This document shows, one piece after another, positions 61,471 to 64,000 of a stretch of DNA of 64,000 bases. Under the pieces are notes generated by a model. It searched no databases and was not told the origin of the DNA. It saw only the letters and a list, made by a program, of their open reading frames with translations. Every line of letters begins with the position of its first letter. Positions within the stretch are counted from its first letter, which is position 1. This stretch comes from Candidatus Latescibacterota bacterium (GTDB lineage: Bacteria > Latescibacterota > UBA2968 > GCA-2709665). Location of the stretch: the NCBI GenBank assembly GCA_965248435.1, contig OZ252100.1, positions 2,432,001 through 2,496,000 on the forward strand. Direction: 5' to 3'. The position numbers were made by a program, and so were the translations under genes.

Positions 61471-62484
61471 TCACATCGCCTCAAAACCCATCTCTGGATT
61501 CAACTGGCCCCCTCCGCTCATCTCCTTTCCATCTAAATAGATCGTAGGCGTCGACAGCATCACGTCCCAGTGGTAGAGGCTGTGCCCAACCGTGCCTCCA
61601 AGCTCCGGGTACTGAAACCCGAACCCGAAGTCCAGCGCCGCAAGCTTGCGTTCATCTTCCATCAGATTTCCCGATATGCGGGCCGCCGGGTTCATCCCGA
61701 TGCTGGCGTGACACAACCTGTATACCTTCTCGTCCCTGGCGCCGATCGTTTCCAGCCAATTTCGTATGAGATCCGCCTCAGGTCCACCTTCGACACGCAT
61801 GATGATCCCGTTTTCCACGAACAGGGAATAGGGCGTGTGGACCAGCCTGTTGTGGGTATCGCTTGCGTCCACGACAATCACGCCGTTGATCGTCTCTTCT
61901 ACAGGCGCAACATTCACCTGGGCGCCCGGGAAGAAATCGATCTCGCCGTCGTAGGAAATGGCGCCATCCCCGAATTCGCTTTTCACCTTACGCGGTATCA
62001 GCTCATAGGTCAGATCGGTTCCCTGCGGTGAGGTCACCCGACAGACCTTCGTCTTGTTCCACAGCGCCTCTACGCGCTTGCAGTTGCGATTCATGGCATC
62101 GATGTCGACGTCAAGCACTGCGCGGAGACAGTAGTCCTCGATCCCGTTCACAACCGTGGACAAGATACGTGCACCCTTCTCCAGGGCCTCCAACGTCGCG
62201 GGATCGCGCACAATCCCACCGCCGAGGACGAGCACCAGCTTGCTGCCGAGGATCGCGCCCTTCAGAGAGGCCCCCAGCTCCTTTCCGGCATCTCTGTGCG
62301 TACGCTTCTGGACGATCATGTGGGTGTCGGCGCCAGCAACGATGCCCGCCGTGAAACAGGCCTGCACCAGGTTCATGTCCGTAGCCGTGTCGGCTACGAT
62401 CAGGAGCGGATCGCCTGGCTCAGGATTGACCAGACGGTTGATCACGACGTGCGCAAACTCTTGCCAGAAGACGACTGAACGCAT
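61471..62484 (-). CDS. Peptidase M29 / aminopeptidase T-like (NicX-related) protein
   Basis: GTDL, FPG, NG.IVVD, HASIGMNP, MEDER, HWD. Confidence 0.75.
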   Translation of the reverse strand: MRSVVFWQEFAHVVINRLVNPEPGDPLLIVADTATDMNLVQACFTAGIVAGADTHMIVQKRTHRDAGKELGASLKGAILGSKLVLVLGGGIVRDPATLEALEKGARILSTVVNGIEDYCLRAVLDVDIDAMNRNCKRVEALWNKTKVCRVTSPQGTDLTYELIPRKVKSEFGDGAISYDGEIDFFPGAQVNVAPVEETINGVIVVDASDTHNRLVHTPYSLFVENGIIMRVEGGPEADLIRNWLETIGARDEKVYRLCHASIGMNPAARISGNLMEDERKLAALDFGFGFQYPELGGTVGHSLYHWDVMLSTPTIYLDGKEMSGGGQLNPEMGFEAM

Positions 62485-62583
62485 GGTCTTCTCCCTTAGT
62501 TACCAGGAAAGCAGGACGGAGCAGCTCACATTTGGATACATCTAAGGGGTTACGCCAATTTTGACGCAACCCCTTGATTTTCT

Positions 62584-62672
62584 TGGTGCCGAAGGTGGGA
62601 CTCGAACCCACACGAGCGCTAAGGCTCACAGCGCCCTGAACGCTGCGCGTCTACCAATTCCACCACTTCGGC
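62584..62672 (-). tRNA. tRNA-Leu (anticodon CAG)
   Basis: GCCGAAGTGGTGGAATTGGTAGAC...CAGCG-TTCAGGG-CGCTG, long variable arm, GGTTCGAGTCC, 3' CCA. Confidence 0.96.
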
Positions 62673-62758
62673 ACCTCTTAAATCCGGTCCCTCGAACAGG
62701 GCAAAATCAATATACTTAAACGTTTTTTGCTTGTCAAGAAAGGGGCCCAGGAACCCCG

Positions 62759-63298
62759 CTACCCGACGTCACCTCTCACCTCCCCAGTACCCAGTCCGAT
62801 GCGCTTCGCTACTCGAAACCGATCATCCGGGGCGTCGTCTCTCCAGATCAGACTCACCTCCTGCGCGCCAAAGGTGAGCGGCTGCCATCCGTCCTGAAGC
62901 GCAGCGATTAATTCCTGTGATTCTGGTCTGCCCATCGCCTGGCCAACGCTGAGATGTGGCTTGAATCCCCCTGGGTACTTCCTGACTTCATCGCAGTCCG
63001 GCACCACCTCCCAGAGCGACGTCTGAAGTCTGACAAGGTCGTCTTTCGGTTCCGGTGAAAGCCACACGGTGGATCCCCTACCCGTGTGGTCGAAACTCCT
63101 GAACTCCCCCAACTTTATCTGAAACGGCGGGACCTCTACGCAGGCCGCTGAGAGTGACTCTGTTAACCCATCGAATTCCGTTCGGGGCATAAACGGATAA
63201 ACCAGTGTGATATGGGGCATCCATCGCCTGACCTGGCGATCGTGGATCTCACGGATGGCTTGAATCGGGGGCCAGATCTCGGTCGGCGGAATCATCAC
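62759..63298 (-). CDS. 2H phosphoesterase (2'-5' RNA ligase-like)
   Basis: PHITL and PHLSV motifs; the true start may lie ~30 bp upstream. Confidence 0.88.
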   Translation of the reverse strand: MMIPPTEIWPPIQAIREIHDRQVRRWMPHITLVYPFMPRTEFDGLTESLSAACVEVPPFQIKLGEFRSFDHTGRGSTVWLSPEPKDDLVRLQTSLWEVVPDCDEVRKYPGGFKPHLSVGQAMGRPESQELIAALQDGWQPLTFGAQEVSLIWRDDAPDDRFRVAKRIGLGTGEVRGDVG

Positions 63299-63666
63299 GA
63301 TTGCCGTCTTATGGGTCTTTCTGGCGACCTGAATCTCTCCTTATTCAACTTGACGTGGTCTGGAACACATTCTAACCCGTGAACTCGCGGTTCATTATAA
63401 GATAAGTTGTTGTAAAAACAAGCTTTAAACGCACTTCTTTTCGCTTGACAATACAGAGTTTCTCCCCTATTTTCTTATGTACGCACATTGTATTGGCTTC
63501 CTGATCGGGGGGAGGGAAGCTGCTTTACCGAGCTTAAACATAACCGTTGGGAATCGGGGATAACCGCGTCGGGCGGCGTGCGGTTTTCCTATACCTGAGC
63601 GGTTTTTTTATATCTATTTCGTTCGGGCGACCTATCTCCTCGGATAGCCCACAGCTGGAGCCGTGA

Positions 63667-64000
63667 ATGCAGGAAGCGAACGAGGTCGAAGCCCTACAGT
63701 ACATCGAAAAACTCAATGACCTGCCGACGCTGCCGACCATCGCAACACGCGTCGTGAGCGTCACGTCAGATACGGACACGTCCGTCAAAGAAGTCGCCTC
63801 TCTGATCGAGAAGGACATGGCCCTTTCTGCCAAGATCCTCCAGGTCATCAACTCCACGTTCTACAGCTTTTCCCGCGAGATCGTCAGCGTACCCGAAGCC
63901 GTAAGCCTGATGGGCTTTACCCAGGTCGGAAATCTGGCCCTCGGCTTGTCGGTCGTCGAGGGCTTTCCAAGGGGACGGATATTCGGATTCAGCTTTCCGG
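63667..64000 (+). CDS. HDOD domain protein, 3'-truncated by window edge
   Basis: Translated by hand: MQEANEVE...LPTLP...IEKDMALSAKILQVINSTFY...EAVSLMG. Confidence 0.88.
   Translation, partial: MQEANEVEALQYIEKLNDLPTLPTIATRVVSVTSDTDTSVKEVASLIEKDMALSAKILQVINSTFYSFSREIVSVPEAVSLMGFTQVGNLALGLSVVEGFPRGRIFGFSFP

Noticed and set aside
62543-62672. Genomic island integrated at tRNA-Leu
   Set aside because: No integrase and no duplicated tRNA 3' end seen in the window; the AAGGGGTTACG hairpin is adequately explained as a terminator, with a similar one at ~54908-54938.

Overview
GC-rich bacterial chromosomal window. The GWxTD/TPR protein, the FlgD/T9SS-tailed Fn3-cohesin-dockerin protein, FapA and stand-alone cNMP proteins suggest an FCB-group organism such as Latescibacterota (inference). 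Left to right: a catabolic/transport cluster (Zn alcohol dehydrogenase, lactonase, alpha/alpha-barrel protein, SSS symporter); a tandem EamA pair; an 11-kb signalling operon (TonB receptor, ammonium transporter-histidine kinase fusion, REC-kinase, YfiR, CHASE/HAMP kinase, PAS kinase); HigBA and DUF559 in a repeat-rich spacer; REC-pseudokinase, FapA and REC-GAF; a porin and two substrate-binding proteins; a 7.5-kb island of eight back-to-back toxin-antitoxin modules punctuated by five co-oriented copies of a ~90-bp triple-hairpin repeat linked to an IS200/RAYT-type transposase remnant; a ~2060-aa scaffoldin-like protein; a full IS30 disrupting a GWxTD gene plus a deleted mini-copy; a doubly lesioned RND efflux operon; tRNA-Leu(CAG); and the start of an HDOD gene. 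The strongest candidates for an undescribed system are the repeat-punctuated TA island and the TonB receptor/YfiR/Amt-kinase operon. All calls come from motif reading by eye; no searches were run.
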